From an uncultured bacterium (GTDB lineage: Bacteria; Omnitrophota; Gorgyraeia; Zapsychrales; Aceulaceae), in NCBI GenBank assembly GCA_937930175.1, contig CALGLP010000022.1:161360-225359 (forward strand): DNA of 64,000 nucleotides, given 5' to 3'. The notes under the pieces are model-generated. The model was not told where the DNA came from. It did not search any database and saw only the letters and a list, made by a program, of their open reading frames with translations. Each line of letters begins with the position of its first letter. Within the stretch, counting starts at the first letter, position 1. Position numbers and translations under genes: made by a program. Below are positions 18,964 to 30,430 of this stretch, piece after piece.

Positions 18964-20709
18964 ATGATCATTCAAGCTGTCAATCAAGGCATCGAGGATA
19001 TTCGTAAAAGAGGAAGCGGAGTGTTTCGTGAGGGGGCGCATCGCCTTCCCAATATTTCCTTGATGATGGCCGAAGGTGTTTTGAAGAATATCAAGGGCCT
19101 CAAAAAGCCTTTTGTTACAGTTATTAATTCCTATACCAATCAAATTCCTGGGCATGCGCATCTTGATGAGCTTGGGAAAGTTGTTAAGATGGAATTAGAA
19201 AAGCAAGGGGTCAATGTCTGGTATGCCAATATTGGTGGTGCGATCTGCGACGGGATCGCGATGGGGCATTTTGGCATGAAATATTCCCTTGCCTCCAGGG
19301 AACTCATTACGGATCAAATTGAAACAATTATTGGGGCCCATCCTTGTGACGCGTGGATTGGGATCGGCAATTGCGATAAGATCGTGCCGGGGATGTATAA
19401 CGCTATGGTTCGCGTGAATATTCCGGCGATTTATGTTTCAGGTGGGCCGATGTTGGCGGGGTCCAGAGGTACGGATTTGATTTCGATTTTTGAAGGTGTG
19501 GGAAAGTATAGTGCGGGTAACATGAGCCAGGGGGCGCTTGAGCGCTTGACATCATGTGCTTGCCCAAGCTTTGGAAGTTGTTCAGGAATGTTTACAGCAA
19601 ATTCGATGAATTGTTTAGGTGAGGTCTTGGGTTTTGCGCTTCCAGGTAATGGCACGATTACAGCGACTGTTGCCGTTTCGGGGAAACATCAATTTAAAAT
19701 TAATCCTAAGCGCATAGAGCTTGTTCGGCAAGCCGCGAGGCGTTTGCTCTTTTTATTGGAAAAAGATATTCGTCCTCTCGATATTCTAAAAAAGCATTCG
19801 ATCGACAATGCCTTTATTCTGGATATGGCCATGGGTGGGTCAACTAACACTGTCTTGCATGTTTTGGCCTTGGCGCATGAGGCAGGCATTCCTTATGATT
19901 TAAGACGGATTGAAGCGCTTTCAAAAACGACACCCAATGTTATTAAAATCTCACCTTCGCGCATGGATGTGCACCTTGAGGATGTTCATCGTATTGGCGG
20001 TATGGGAGCTATTTTGCGGTCCATTGTCGATGGGAGCAAGTCTGTGTTAAATTTAAAGGCGCAAACTGTCTACGGTACCTTGGGTGATTATGTTAAGAAA
20101 TCACCAAAGCCTGATGGAAAGATCTTGCGTACGGTCAAGAATGCTTTTTCTCAGGAAGGAGGTTTGCGCATTTTATTTGGCAATATCGCGCGCAAGGGTT
20201 CTGTGGTCAAGACCAGTGGTGTCGATAGCGATATGTTTGTTTTTTCTGGTCCTGCAAAGATTTTTGAATCTCAGGAAGAGGCCCTTTCTGGTATTCTGAA
20301 AGGAAAAGTGAAGAACGGGGATGTGGTGGTGATTCGCTATGAAGGTCCCAAGGGTGGCCCTGGCATGCAAGAGATGCTTTCTCCGACATCGGCTTTGAAG
20401 GGTGCAGGGATTCGGGCAGCCTTAATTACCGATGGCCGTTTCTCGGGAGGAACGCGTGGGCTTTGTATTGGTCATGTTTCGCCAGAGGCCGCAGCGGGCG
20501 GAGAGATTGCGATCCTAAAAAATGGCGATATCATTGACATCAATGCGCACAAAGGAACTCTTAGCGTTCGGCTTTCGTCTCGTGAAATCAATACACGTTT
20601 AAAGCGATTAAAACCTTTTCGATCCAAGGTGCGTGGCGGTTGGCTCAGGCGATATGCGAGCGTTGTGACTTCCGCAGATACAGGTGCTGTCTTAGTGAAC
20701 CCCTCATAA
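18964..20709 (+). CDS. ilvD: Dihydroxy-acid dehydratase
   Basis: [16 protein letters not shown] and SGGT motifs. Length 581 aa. RBS AAAGGAG. Confidence 0.9.
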   Translation: MIIQAVNQGIEDIRKRGSGVFREGAHRLPNISLMMAEGVLKNIKGLKKPFVTVINSYTNQIPGHAHLDELGKVVKMELEKQGVNVWYANIGGAICDGIAMGHFGMKYSLASRELITDQIETIIGAHPCDAWIGIGNCDKIVPGMYNAMVRVNIPAIYVSGGPMLAGSRGTDLISIFEGVGKYSAGNMSQGALERLTSCACPSFGSCSGMFTANSMNCLGEVLGFALPGNGTITATVAVSGKHQFKINPKRIELVRQAARRLLFLLEKDIRPLDILKKHSIDNAFILDMAMGGSTNTVLHVLALAHEAGIPYDLRRIEALSKTTPNVIKISPSRMDVHLEDVHRIGGMGAILRSIVDGSKSVLNLKAQTVYGTLGDYVKKSPKPDGKILRTVKNAFSQEGGLRILFGNIARKGSVVKTSGVDSDMFVFSGPAKIFESQEEALSGILKGKVKNGDVVVIRYEGPKGGPGMQEMLSPTSALKGAGIRAALITDGRFSGGTRGLCIGHVSPEAAAGGEIAILKNGDIIDINAHKGTLSVRLSSREINTRLKRLKPFRSKVRGGWLRRYASVVTSADTGAVLVNPS

Positions 20710-20725
20710 CAAAGCGAGACTAAGT

Positions 20726-22042
20726 ATGAAAAAGAATTTTGTCCTTGATACCAATGTGCTGATCCATAATCCTCAGGCCTTGTATTCTTTCGCAGATAAT
20801 AATGTGATCATTCCTCTCATTGTGATCGAGGAGCTTGATCAATTTAAAACTAGTCCGGATAAAAAGGGGATGCATGCCAGGCAGGTTTTGCGTGAAGTTG
20901 ATTCTTTAATCAAGAAGGGGGCCTTGACGAAAGGTGCCAAGATGGCCAATGGTGGAACATTGATCATTTCTTTTGGTCCTAAGGAAGCCATTCCTGATAT
21001 GGATCCCAGTCTTGCCGATAATAAGATCTTAGCTGTAGCGTGGGATTTGCAGGTGAAGAAACAAATCGTTTTCTTTATTTCCAAAGATATTAATGCGCGT
21101 ATTAAGGCAGAAGCCTTGGGGATCAAGTCGGCCGATTATGAAAAAGAAAAGGTTGAGTATTCCAGCCTTTATACTGGCTGGCGTGAGATCAGCTTGCCGA
21201 AGGAGGACATTAATAAGATTTATGCTGACGGAAAGCTCAATGTTAAAGGTTATACCTTTCTAGAAAATGAGCATGTCCTGATTAAGGCTAACGACGATCC
21301 TTCCTCATCTGCGATTTGTCGGTATCAAGGTCAGGACAATACCTTTGTGCCGATTAAAAAAGAATTTTCTGCCATGGGGATTAAACCGTTAAATGTTGAG
21401 CAGCGTTTTGCTTTTGATCTTCTTTTAAATGATGACATCAAGCTTGTCACACTTGTAGGCCAGGCGGGGACGGGAAAGACCTTGATGGCGATTGCATGCG
21501 CGCTTTCCAAGGTGATGGAAAAAGAGTCTCCGTATGAGCGTGTTCTTGTGGCACGGCCAATTATTCCTATGGGCAAAGATATTGGTTACCTTCCTGGCAG
21601 CAAAGAAAAAAAGCTCTCTTACTGGATGCAGCCTATTTACGATAATCTTGAATATATTTTAAAGCGTTCTATTTCGGCGAATATCAATGGTTTGGTCACT
21701 AGTGATTTAACCGCTGAGCATCTGATGAGTTCGGATGTGATCGAAATTGAGGCTTTGACGTATATTCGTGGGCGAAGTATTCCTAATCAGTTTATGATCG
21801 TTGATGAGGCGCAGAATTTAACTCCGCATGAAGTCAAGACGATTGTTTCACGCGCCGGGGAGGGGACTAAGATTGTTTTAACTGGAGATCCGGGGCAAAT
21901 CGATAATCCGTATTTGGATGCCAATTCCAATGGTTTGGCCTATACGGTTGAGCGATTAAAGAAGTACAAGATTTTTGGTCATGTTTTGCTTGCTAAGAGT
22001 GAACGCTCGGAGCTTGCATCCCTTGCGGTGAATGAACTTTAA
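20726..22042 (+). CDS. PIN-domain + PhoH-like ATPase (PhoH2/YlaK family)
   Basis: N-terminal PIN (LDTNVLIH...VIEELD). Walker A GQAGTGKT and a DEAQN box in the PhoH domain. Confidence 0.85.
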   Translation: MKKNFVLDTNVLIHNPQALYSFADNNVIIPLIVIEELDQFKTSPDKKGMHARQVLREVDSLIKKGALTKGAKMANGGTLIISFGPKEAIPDMDPSLADNKILAVAWDLQVKKQIVFFISKDINARIKAEALGIKSADYEKEKVEYSSLYTGWREISLPKEDINKIYADGKLNVKGYTFLENEHVLIKANDDPSSSAICRYQGQDNTFVPIKKEFSAMGIKPLNVEQRFAFDLLLNDDIKLVTLVGQAGTGKTLMAIACALSKVMEKESPYERVLVARPIIPMGKDIGYLPGSKEKKLSYWMQPIYDNLEYILKRSISANINGLVTSDLTAEHLMSSDVIEIEALTYIRGRSIPNQFMIVDEAQNLTPHEVKTIVSRAGEGTKIVLTGDPGQIDNPYLDANSNGLAYTVERLKKYKIFGHVLLAKSERSELASLAVNEL

Positions 22043-22118
22043 TCTAGAAGAAAGTGTCTAGGAATCTCCTCGCGTTGCATGCTTGCGCGGAGTGGTTTTA
22101 CAAAAAGAATGTCAAACC

Positions 22119-22181
22119 AAAAAAGGATAGCTTTTTTAGCTATCCTTTTTTGTTGAGGCGCCCTGCAAAGCAGGGCGCCTC
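22119..22181. terminator. Two tandem hairpins acting as a bidirectional terminator between the convergent phoH-like and ferredoxin genes
   Basis: AAAAGGATAGC...GCTATCCTTTTTT, then GAGGCGCCCTG-CAAAG-CAGGGCGCCTC. T/A tracts flank both sides. Confidence 0.7.
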
Positions 22182-22203
22182 TATTTGAAAACAACAAGAA
22201 TTT

Positions 22204-22374
22204 TTATTCAGCGATGATGGCTTCTGTTGGGCAAACAGCTGCGCAAGCTCCGCAGTCAATGCATTTTTCCGCATCAATCTTGTAGATGGGTGTTCCTTCA
22301 TCGATGGCTTCTACGGGGCACTCCGGTTTACATGTTCCGCAGGCTGTACACTTGTTGGTAATCTTGTGGGTCAT
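22204..22374 (-). CDS. 2x[4Fe-4S] ferredoxin, 56 aa (missed by ORF track, under 60 aa)
   Basis: Translation MTHKITNKCTACGTCKPECPVEAIDEGTPIYKIDAEKCIDCGACAAVCPTEAIIAE with two CxxCxxCxxxCP motifs. AGGA-like RBS on the minus strand. Confidence 0.8.
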   Translation of the reverse strand: MTHKITNKCTACGTCKPECPVEAIDEGTPIYKIDAEKCIDCGACAAVCPTEAIIAE

Positions 22375-22717
22375 GAGTCACATCCTTTCGTTAATGAGTC
22401 CAACTGAGAATTATGGCTAGACGAAATGATTTTGAAAATGTTTACTTTCCTAAAGCTAGCTGCGTGTAAATTTGATAGTGATTTTAACATATTTTATTGA
22501 GATGTCAATCTTTCGAGAGGAGAAATTACTTAAAGGGGTTTTTCGTTCATTTTCATCAGAGATGTTTATTATTACTAATAAATAATATCACTTCATTTAA
22601 AAGTGCAGTATAATAAAGACACCATTTTTAATGTTTGCTCGAGGGTGCGTAGTTGTTGTGTTTGTTTATTTTTTGGTGTTCATGTTTTTTATTCAGCTTA
22701 TTTTTAGGAGCGTGTAG

Positions 22718-25700
22718 GTGAAGATTGGGACTCGTCTTATCTTAGGTTTTCTTATCATAGCCTTTTTCTTGGCGATTTTTGGCTATGCGGCGACAATGAT
22801 CAGTCGTCGTGCTCTAGAAAATGCTATTGGCGAAAGTACGGCAGTCTTAGCGCAAAATGCTTTAAGGGAAATTGATCGAAGTATTTTTAATAAAATAGAG
22901 CTTTTTGAAAGTTTCCTCAGCCGTTCTTCACTTCAAGATTTTTTAATTACCTCTAATCAGCATTTTTCTCAAATATCAAATCGCGACAAGGAGATTGCTC
23001 GCTTAGACGAGCAATGGCAATCCATTCCTGAGCGTGAGTTATCTCCTAGGATGCTAGAATTGTCAAATAATTCTTTAGCCAAAGAGCTCAAGGAAACGCA
23101 GAATTATTATGACAAGAAATATGGATATAAAATTATTGGAGAAATCTTTGTTACGAATCAATATGGCGCACTTGTTGCGCAGACTGGTCGCGCGAGTGAT
23201 TATAATCAGGCGGATGAACAATGGTGGCAGCAAGCAAAGGCTCAAGGCTTATTTGTTGAGGATGTTGCCTTGGACGAAAGCTCTGGGGTTTATGGAATTT
23301 CGTTATGTTTTAAGGTGAGGGATGCCCAAGAGCAGTTTATCGGGGTCATGAAGATCGTTCTTAATGTTCAAGAATTTGGCCGTATTTTGGAGTCTATCAA
23401 GGCTTCATCGATTTTTAATGATCGTAAAATTGCTCAGAAAGAGGTGAGTGACTCCAATCTTACATTGTTAACTCAAGATGGACGAATCATTTATTCAACG
23501 AACAAATATGTGTCGCTTGAAGAATGTCTTTGCTGGAAATCTTTTGTTAAAGGCCTTGTTTCTGGGAAGGGGTATCAGGGTCATGCGATTGTTCATCCGG
23601 TCATGTTTAGTGGTAGGCCGAGATTAATTGCCTATGCAAGATCGGAAGGTGTTGATAACTATCGAGGGCTAGGATGGATCGTTTTTTTTAATTATGATGC
23701 TGAGGATTTGTTTTTTTCTGTTGCTCAGCTGCGAGGCATTCTTTTTGTCCTTTCTTTTTTTCTAATCTTTTTGTCTTTAATCATATCTTTTTTTATTGCA
23801 AAATCGATTGCTAAGCCTTTAGGGGATCTTAAAGATGCCGCGCTTAAAATGGGTCAAGGTGATTTGGATGCGCGTGTTCATTTTTCCCTTAAAGATGAGA
23901 TCGGCATTTTAGGAGAAGCCCTTAATCAGATGGCTTTTAATTTAAAAAAAATCACAGCATCTCGTGATGATCTTAATCGTGAGATTGCCCAGAAAGAAAA
24001 GATTCAGAAGGAGCTTGAAACTCAGAAAGATGTGGCCCAACAGTATTTAGATATTGCTGGCGTGATGATCCTCGTTTTAGGAAAAGAAGGAGAGGTTGTG
24101 CTCGTTAATAGCCGTGCCTGTGAGATCTTAGGATATCCCAAAGATCAGATTTTAGGGAAGAATTGGTTTGATCATTTTCTGCCGCATAAGGCTGTTGCCC
24201 ATGTTAAGAGTGTTTACAACCGTTTGATGTCAGGAGAGGTGGACCTTTTTCAATATCATGAAAATCCGATTATTGATAAAAAAGGAGAAGAGCGAACGAT
24301 CATTTGGAGTAATGCTGTTTTAAGAGATGATCAAGGATCACCTATTGGCTGTTTATCGTCCGGTGAAGATGTGACGGATCGACGTAAAGCAGAAAAAGTC
24401 CTTTCCGTGCAGAGAGATTTGGCGATTTCTTTATCTTCGGCGGTTAATCTGAAAGAGGCTTGTGATAGTCTTTTAGGGGCATTGCTTAAATTTCAAGGGT
24501 TCGATTCTGGAGGAGTTTATGTTTTTGACCAAGTTAAGCAGAGGGGTATTCTTGTGAGTTCGTGTGGCTTGACGCCTGAATTTGTTGAAAATATCAAGTC
24601 TTTTGATTCTGATGCTTTAGAGGTCCAACTCATAAGGCAAGGGAAGCCCCTTTACGCGGATTGTAGTGAAGTTTTGCCAATTCTTGAAAAGGAAAGACGG
24701 GCGGAAGGCTTAACCGCAGGTGCGATTATTCCTATGATCGATCGAGGTTCATTCGTTGGAGCATTTTTTGTTGCTTCTCATTTCTTAAAAGATATTAATT
24801 TGACGCAGCGCCATGCTATCGAAATCCTTGCATCGTCTTTGGGGGGTATTATTGCCCGTCTGAAAGCTGAAGAAAGGCTTAAAGAAAGTGAATATTGTTT
24901 TCGCTCTATCGCAGAGCAGACCGGGCAATTGGTTTATGATTATGATATTGTAGGCAACTCTATCCAGTGGACGGGGGCAGTCGAAACCGTCACGGGATAT
25001 TCGTTGCAAGAATTTCGAGATAATCGCTATGGTGATTGGATCGAGCGTATTCATCCTGAGGACAGGCCAAGGGTTATGGAGCTTTTCAAGGAAACAATGC
25101 GTAAGGGTAGTTCGTATGATGCTGAGTATCGTTTTCAGCGCAAAGACCAGAGTTATATTTTTGTTGAGGAGCATGGCGCCTATTTTACGGATAAAGAGGG
25201 TCAGTCGTATCGCATGGTTGGGACGATCAGCAATATTAATGAACGCAAGCAAACGGAAGTGTTTATTCGTAAGAGCGAAGAGAAATATCGTGTTTTAGTT
25301 GAGAATGCTAATAGTGTTATTTTACGTCTTGATAAAAAAGGGCGAGCGACTTTTTTTAATGAATTTGCGCAGAAGTTTTTTGGCTTTCAAGAGGAGGAAG
25401 TTTTAGGCAGGAGTGTTATTGGGACCATTGTTCCGGCACAGGATGATGCGGGTCTTAATCTTGAGGCGATGATTGAGGATCTTTGTGCGCATCCTGAAAA
25501 ATATGCGTCTAATGAGAATCAGAATATTTGCAAGAATGGTCAGAAAGTTTGGATTGCCTGGAGCAATCGCGCGATTGTGACGGATCAAGGGGAAGATGAA
25601 ATTCTTTGCGTAGGAACAGATATTTCCGCGCGTAAAGTAGCTGAAGAGAAATTAAAGCTTATGTATAGTGATTTGCAAAAAATGCATTTGGATCTCAAGG

Positions 25701-26416
25701 AAGCCCAAAATCAGCTTTTGCAATCGGAAAAGATGTCCGCGATCGGCCAACTTTCCGCTGGGGTTGCGCATGAGGTTAAAAATCCTTTGGCTATTATCCT
25801 TTTAAGCGTTGCAGCCCTGGAGGTGCAGCTTAAAGATTTGAGCGAGGAAAATAAGCGGCATTTGAGGATGATCAGTAATGCTGCGGATCGTGCCAATAAG
25901 GTGATCGTTCAGCTGCTTAATTTTTCACGTTATACCGAAGTGAGCATCAAGCGAGAATCGCTGCATCCGATTCTGGACAATGTCATTTCGCTGGTCAAGA
26001 CAAGTTTTAAAGATAAGATGATCGAATTTCAGAAGGAGTTTATCAATCAAGATCTTTTTGTGGATGTTGACAAGATCTTGATTGAGCAGGCGTTTTTTAA
26101 TTTGATCGCTAACGCGATTGATGCGATGGGCAACAAGGGCAAGGTAACGGTCAAAACACAAGTGATCGAGCTTCTTGATAAGAAAAGAAAAGAGGTGATT
26201 GTGGTTGTTGAAGATACGGGGCCAGGAATTCCTGAGGATGTGCGCTTGAAGATCTTTGAACCATTTTTTACAACCAAAGAGCAGGGCAAGGGCACAGGCT
26301 TGGGTCTTAGTATGGTTTATACGATTTTGGATCGCCATAATGGGCGGATTTCTTTCGAAAGTGAGATAGGTCAAGGGACAAAATTCTTTGTAGGTCTTCC
26401 GTTATCTCAAGGCTAG
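22718..26416 (+). CDS. Large multidomain sensor histidine kinase (periplasmic sensor-TM-HAMP-PAS-GAF-PAS-PAS-HisKA-HATPase)
   Basis: H-box [23 protein letters not shown]-box [10 protein letters not shown] and G-boxes DTGPGI/GTGLGLS. Internal PAS/GAF-like segments. Single TM region near residue 340. Confidence 0.85.
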   Translation: MKIGTRLILGFLIIAFFLAIFGYAATMISRRALENAIGESTAVLAQNALREIDRSIFNKIELFESFLSRSSLQDFLITSNQHFSQISNRDKEIARLDEQWQSIPERELSPRMLELSNNSLAKELKETQNYYDKKYGYKIIGEIFVTNQYGALVAQTGRASDYNQADEQWWQQAKAQGLFVEDVALDESSGVYGISLCFKVRDAQEQFIGVMKIVLNVQEFGRILESIKASSIFNDRKIAQKEVSDSNLTLLTQDGRIIYSTNKYVSLEECLCWKSFVKGLVSGKGYQGHAIVHPVMFSGRPRLIAYARSEGVDNYRGLGWIVFFNYDAEDLFFSVAQLRGILFVLSFFLIFLSLIISFFIAKSIAKPLGDLKDAALKMGQGDLDARVHFSLKDEIGILGEALNQMAFNLKKITASRDDLNREIAQKEKIQKELETQKDVAQQYLDIAGVMILVLGKEGEVVLVNSRACEILGYPKDQILGKNWFDHFLPHKAVAHVKSVYNRLMSGEVDLFQYHENPIIDKKGEERTIIWSNAVLRDDQGSPIGCLSSGEDVTDRRKAEKVLSVQRDLAISLSSAVNLKEACDSLLGALLKFQGFDSGGVYVFDQVKQRGILVSSCGLTPEFVENIKSFDSDALEVQLIRQGKPLYADCSEVLPILEKERRAEGLTAGAIIPMIDRGSFVGAFFVASHFLKDINLTQRHAIEILASSLGGIIARLKAEERLKESEYCFRSIAEQTGQLVYDYDIVGNSIQWTGAVETVTGYSLQEFRDNRYGDWIERIHPEDRPRVMELFKETMRKGSSYDAEYRFQRKDQSYIFVEEHGAYFTDKEGQSYRMVGTISNINERKQTEVFIRKSEEKYRVLVENANSVILRLDKKGRATFFNEFAQKFFGFQEEEVLGRSVIGTIVPAQDDAGLNLEAMIEDLCAHPEKYASNENQNICKNGQKVWIAWSNRAIVTDQGEDEILCVGTDISARKVAEEKLKLMYSDLQKMHLDLKEAQNQLLQSEKMSAIGQLSAGVAHEVKNPLAIILLSVAALEVQLKDLSEENKRHLRMISNAADRANKVIVQLLNFSRYTEVSIKRESLHPILDNVISLVKTSFKDKMIEFQKEFINQDLFVDVDKILIEQAFFNLIANAIDAMGNKGKVTVKTQVIELLDKKRKEVIVVVEDTGPGIPEDVRLKIFEPFFTTKEQGKGTGLGLSMVYTILDRHNGRISFESEIGQGTKFFVGLPLSQG

Positions 26417-26436
26417 ACCTAGGCTAGAGAGTCGAC

Positions 26437-28200
26437 ATGTATTCAAAGATTCAACTTAAATTATTTATTCTCCTTCTTTTCCTGGTTTTATTTCTTGGGT
26501 CAGGTATTTTGTTTGTTAGCCAATCTCACCAAAGGCAAATTGTCGCCATTGCGGATGATCAGCAGAAGCAACTCCAGGTTTTTATTGATGATATTCTTAA
26601 TCTTAAAGGGCGATCACTTTATACAGTTGTTTTTGATTATACATATTGGGATGAAATGGTTGACTTTGTTAAAGATCCCTGGAATGAGGAGAAGATTCGT
26701 TGGGCGCGGGAGAATATGGGCGGGGCGTTAGCAACGTATAGCGTTCAGCATGCTTGGATTCTCAACAAAAAGAAGGAGCTTGTTTTTGACATTCATGAGC
26801 CAGGGGTTACACCTGTTTCCTTTCCTTTGTTCAGCACAGCATTCCCTAGTATTTTTAGCGGAGGTAATTTTGGACATTTTTATTTTTGGGATGAGGAAGG
26901 CTTGCTTGAGCTTCGCGGGGCAACGATTCATCCAGGGTCAGACATTGTCCGCAAGACACCGGCCCAGGGGTATTTTTTTGTTGCTCGTCGTTGGAATGCG
27001 ATATTCGTAGGTGAATTAGCGCACTTGCTTGGCGGAAAGGTAACTTTAGCGCCTCTTTCTGCTAATGTGTCAGTCAGCGATGCGAGGGATTCTAGCGCTA
27101 ATAAAATCTCTGATAAGATGTATTTTACGCGAGAGTTTAAGGATCTGGGTGGCAACCCGATTGCAGTTCTCACTGTTGAAAGGCCATTTATGTTGGCTGG
27201 TTATGCGGAGCAGTTTTCAAAAGGGTATCGTCGTTTTTATGCTGGGGTCTCGATTGCGTTTGTGATTGTCTTTTTTTTGTTTGGTTTTTTTTGGATTTCT
27301 ATGCCGCTAGCTAAGATTTCTCAGGCCTTGTACAGCGAGGATCAGGTTGCGTTAAAAAGGCTTTCAAGGAGTCATTCAGAGTTTGGGCGTATTTCAGAGC
27401 TCATCATTCGTTTTTTTAAACAAAAAGAAAAGTTATTAAAAGAAATTATTGAACGGCGTAGAACCCAGCGTAAGCTTAAAGATGCGCAGACGCAGCTTTT
27501 GCAGAGCGAGAAGATGGTCGCGGTGGGGCAATTGTCGTCGGGCATTGCCCATGAAATTCGCAATCCCTTGGCAAACATTGTCCTTGCCGTTGATTGTTTA
27601 CGCCAGGAAATTCCTGCTGCAAATGAATCTGTGAATCGGCAAATGGATATCATTCAGAAATCGGCTACGCGTGCCAATAAAGTTGTTGTGGAGCTTCTTA
27701 ATTTTGCCAGAGAGCGGCATCTTAACCTTGAGCAAATTTCATTTAATGTGATGATTGGTGAGACGCTTGACTTAGCGGAAAGCTACATTAAAGCAAAGAA
27801 AATCGCTATCCAAAAGAATTTTTATGCGGGAAAAGAAGTTTTTATCCATGCTGATCGGATTCTTGTTGAGCAGGCGTTGATCAACATCCTTTTTAATGCT
27901 GTGGATGCTATTGAAAGTCAGGGGATGATTACTATCAATACTTTTTTAAAAGGCGCTGGAGAAAGCAAGACGCAGGAGATTGTGGTTGAGATTGTTGATA
28001 CTGGACGAGGCATGACGTCAGAAATTCAAAAGAAGATTTTTGATCCTTTTTTTACAACTAAAGAGCTTGGTTTTGGAACAGGGTTGGGCTTGAGCAATGC
28101 GTATATGATTTTTCAGCGACACCAGGCAAGGGTACAAGTGAGAAGCGAGGCGGGCAAAGGAACAACCTTTGCGATTACGTTCCCTTGCCAGATGGGATAA
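26437..28200 (+). CDS. Sensor histidine kinase with periplasmic domain
   Basis: Two TM regions. H-box SEKMVAVGQLSSGIAHEIRNPL and G-box GFGTGLGLS. Confidence 0.8.
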   Translation: MYSKIQLKLFILLLFLVLFLGSGILFVSQSHQRQIVAIADDQQKQLQVFIDDILNLKGRSLYTVVFDYTYWDEMVDFVKDPWNEEKIRWARENMGGALATYSVQHAWILNKKKELVFDIHEPGVTPVSFPLFSTAFPSIFSGGNFGHFYFWDEEGLLELRGATIHPGSDIVRKTPAQGYFFVARRWNAIFVGELAHLLGGKVTLAPLSANVSVSDARDSSANKISDKMYFTREFKDLGGNPIAVLTVERPFMLAGYAEQFSKGYRRFYAGVSIAFVIVFFLFGFFWISMPLAKISQALYSEDQVALKRLSRSHSEFGRISELIIRFFKQKEKLLKEIIERRRTQRKLKDAQTQLLQSEKMVAVGQLSSGIAHEIRNPLANIVLAVDCLRQEIPAANESVNRQMDIIQKSATRANKVVVELLNFARERHLNLEQISFNVMIGETLDLAESYIKAKKIAIQKNFYAGKEVFIHADRILVEQALINILFNAVDAIESQGMITINTFLKGAGESKTQEIVVEIVDTGRGMTSEIQKKIFDPFFTTKELGFGTGLGLSNAYMIFQRHQARVQVRSEAGKGTTFAITFPCQMG

Positions 28201-28222
28201 GGTTAGTAAACCGGGAGAGTTT

Positions 28223-28690
28223 ATGGCAAAAAAGAAAGTTGTCATTATTGATGATGAAGAAGATTTTTGTTTTCTACTTTCAAAGCTTTTGGAGTCTAGC
28301 GGATATTTTGAAGTTTTCTTAGCCTATGATGGTGAGCGAGGGAAAAATCTTGTCCTTGAGCAAAAACCAGACCTTATCTTTTTAGATTATGTGATGCCAA
28401 AGATGAGGGGGGATGAAATTCTTACGATCTTTAAAAACGATGAACGCATCAAACGCATTCCTATTATTATGACGAGTGGTCTTGGGGAAGCTGCGTATGT
28501 GGCAAAGATTATTCAAAGGGATAAGGGTGATCATAGTTTGATCGGGCGATTGCCCCTTCCTCGTGACCTGAGCAGGGAAGAAGCTTTAAAGCTTAATCAA
28601 GAACTTGGAGTTGAGGCTTTTTTAGAAAAGCCTTTTTCTCGGCAAATGCTTTTTCAAGCGATAGAAAAGATTTTAGGAAATCTTTCTTGA
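28223..28690 (+). CDS. Stand-alone response-regulator receiver protein
   Basis: KKVVIIDDEED...LDYVMPKMRGDE receiver motifs with no output domain. Start placed at ATG 28223. Confidence 0.7.
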   Translation: MAKKKVVIIDDEEDFCFLLSKLLESSGYFEVFLAYDGERGKNLVLEQKPDLIFLDYVMPKMRGDEILTIFKNDERIKRIPIIMTSGLGEAAYVAKIIQRDKGDHSLIGRLPLPRDLSREEALKLNQELGVEAFLEKPFSRQMLFQAIEKILGNLS

Positions 28691-28832
28691 AGGCGCTCGA
28701 GGTGGCTTACGGAAGAAGGCCTTGGTTTAGCAGAAAAAAGACTTTTCAAAGCACAGGAATGCCGATATCATGAGTGGGGGTATTGATGAGATTGGTGGTT
28801 TGGGGTTATCTGATTCTTGAAAGGTTCAATAG

Positions 28833-29564
28833 ATGACGGATAAAAGAATTCAGCAAAGGGTGAAAGCTAATTTGATAGGACGCTTTAAAGCGGCCGAGGG
28901 GGCAGGTGATTATTGCGAGACAACGATTGTGAATGTGAGCCCTGAAGGGCTTGGTTTTTATTCGGAGAAAAAGCTTCAAGATGGCCAGGCGTTTAATCTT
29001 GAAGTCCAGCTTGATCAGGAAAAATGGATTAAACTCAGCGGCGTGGTGGCGTGGTCGAATCAAAAGAGCGCCTCGGATCCTTATCGTGTAGGCTTTAAGA
29101 TCGTTGCAACAGGCAGTGAAGATGAAAGAAATCTTCTTGATTTTTATTTTGAAAAGGTCGCGGAAGAAAAGAAGTTTAAGGGGAAGATTTTGGTCATTGA
29201 TGATGAAAAAGATTTGGTCACATTATTGTCGTTTCATTTGAGCCAGGCAGGGTATGAGGTTGTCGTGGCATTTGATGGAGAAGAGGGTTATCAGGCCTAT
29301 CAAGACCAAACGCCAGATTTGATTATTTTAGATCTCAAGATGCCTAGGCTCAATGGGTTTGAGGTTTGTCGCAAGATTCGTCGGGAGAAAAAAGACACGC
29401 AAATTCCTATTATTATGTTGACCGCACTTCAAGATGATGCGGATCGTTTAATTGGTAAAGTCGTCGGGGCCCAACGTTATATGACGAAGCCTTTTCAGGT
29501 TGAAGATCTTTTAAAAGAAGTTGAGTGGTTAATGCCCACAGATTTTTTTATGGATCCAGAATAA
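28833..29564 (+). CDS. PilZ-domain + receiver-domain fusion protein
   Basis: N-terminal QQRVKANL...DGQAF PilZ-like RxxxR / DxSxxG-type motifs. C-terminal REC (ILVIDDEKD...ILDLKMPRLNGFEV...K). Confidence 0.65.
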   Translation: MTDKRIQQRVKANLIGRFKAAEGAGDYCETTIVNVSPEGLGFYSEKKLQDGQAFNLEVQLDQEKWIKLSGVVAWSNQKSASDPYRVGFKIVATGSEDERNLLDFYFEKVAEEKKFKGKILVIDDEKDLVTLLSFHLSQAGYEVVVAFDGEEGYQAYQDQTPDLIILDLKMPRLNGFEVCRKIRREKKDTQIPIIMLTALQDDADRLIGKVVGAQRYMTKPFQVEDLLKEVEWLMPTDFFMDPE

Positions 29565-29621
29565 AAGGCTTGCTTTTGTTTTTGTTTTGTTTAAAATATT
29601 TTAAATAAATGAGGAGGAATT

Positions 29622-30119
29622 ATGTTAGCATTTTTTCTTTTGATTTTTGGTGTTATCATGCGCTTGATGGTTCATCCGGCGAACTTCACCCCTGTGTTGG
29701 CTCTTATTTTGTTTGGGGGAGTTTACTGCAACAAAAAGTATGCGTTGTTTTTGCCGCTTGCGCTCATGATGTTGACTGACGCTATTTTGGGTGTTCATGA
29801 TTTGATCTTTTTTACGTGGGGAAGTTTGATGCTGGTTGGCCTGATGGGTCTCTGGCTTAGAGAGCGTCATGATTGGCGGCATGTGGCCGGCGTAAGTTTA
29901 GCATCAGCTGTTTTATTTTATATCGCGACAAACCTTGGTGTATGGCTTTTGGGATATTATCCGATGAATCTCAAGGGACTGATTGATTGTTATGTCTTGG
30001 CTATTCCTTTTTTCCGAACAATGCTTGTGAGTACGCTGGTGTATAGTTTTGTATTTTTTGGTTTATATGAGCTTATTGCTTCGCGCATTAAAAAGACTCG
30101 TTACGCGTGTGTGCTCTAG
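29622..30119 (+). CDS. Hypothetical polytopic membrane protein
   Basis: Five predicted TM helices. RBS GAGGAGG. Confidence 0.4.
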   Translation: MLAFFLLIFGVIMRLMVHPANFTPVLALILFGGVYCNKKYALFLPLALMMLTDAILGVHDLIFFTWGSLMLVGLMGLWLRERHDWRHVAGVSLASAVLFYIATNLGVWLLGYYPMNLKGLIDCYVLAIPFFRTMLVSTLVYSFVFFGLYELIASRIKKTRYACVL

Positions 30120-30149
30120 ATGAATTTTTGTTCTTTTAATAGTTTTAGG

Positions 30150-30375
30150 CGCTCAAAGAAAAGTTGAGCTTAAGAGGGAAATTCGGTGCAAGGCAATATG
30201 GCCTTTAGTCCGAAGCAGTCCCGCTACTGTAGTCTCGGCAGAAATTGTCGGGAGAGCCAGAATGCCTGCCTAAAACCGGTGTTGATATGCTGCGCGAAAC
30301 AGCATAAAAACAAAACGTTGTGGATTTACAGGGTATGCTCCCAACTGATTTAATCGGTTGGGAGTTTTTTTGTTT
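30150..30375 (+). ncRNA. Cobalamin (B12) riboswitch with terminator-type expression platform
   Basis: AGAGGGAA..GGTG, B12-box-like GTCCCGCTACTGTAG and GGGAGAGCCAGAATGCCTGCC all match conserved cobalamin-aptamer elements. Downstream hairpin CTCCCAAC...GTTGGGAG plus T7 at 30339-30372 lies before the btuB-like start. Confidence 0.75.
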
Positions 30376-30430
30376 CGATGTGAAATGCATCGAAATACTC
30401 CGAGCAACAGGCGAGGAGATAGGAGTAGGA

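Noticed and set aside
24785-26374. Several 60-155 aa minus-strand ORFs inside the sensor kinase gene
   Set aside because: Antisense shadows of a well-supported 1232-aa kinase ORF. No RBS or motifs.
30320-30430. ORF-track N-terminal extension of the TonB-dependent receptor (start at 30320)
   Set aside because: The extension would translate through the riboswitch terminator hairpin and T-tract. ATG 30431 is followed by a canonical signal peptide and preceded by GGAG.
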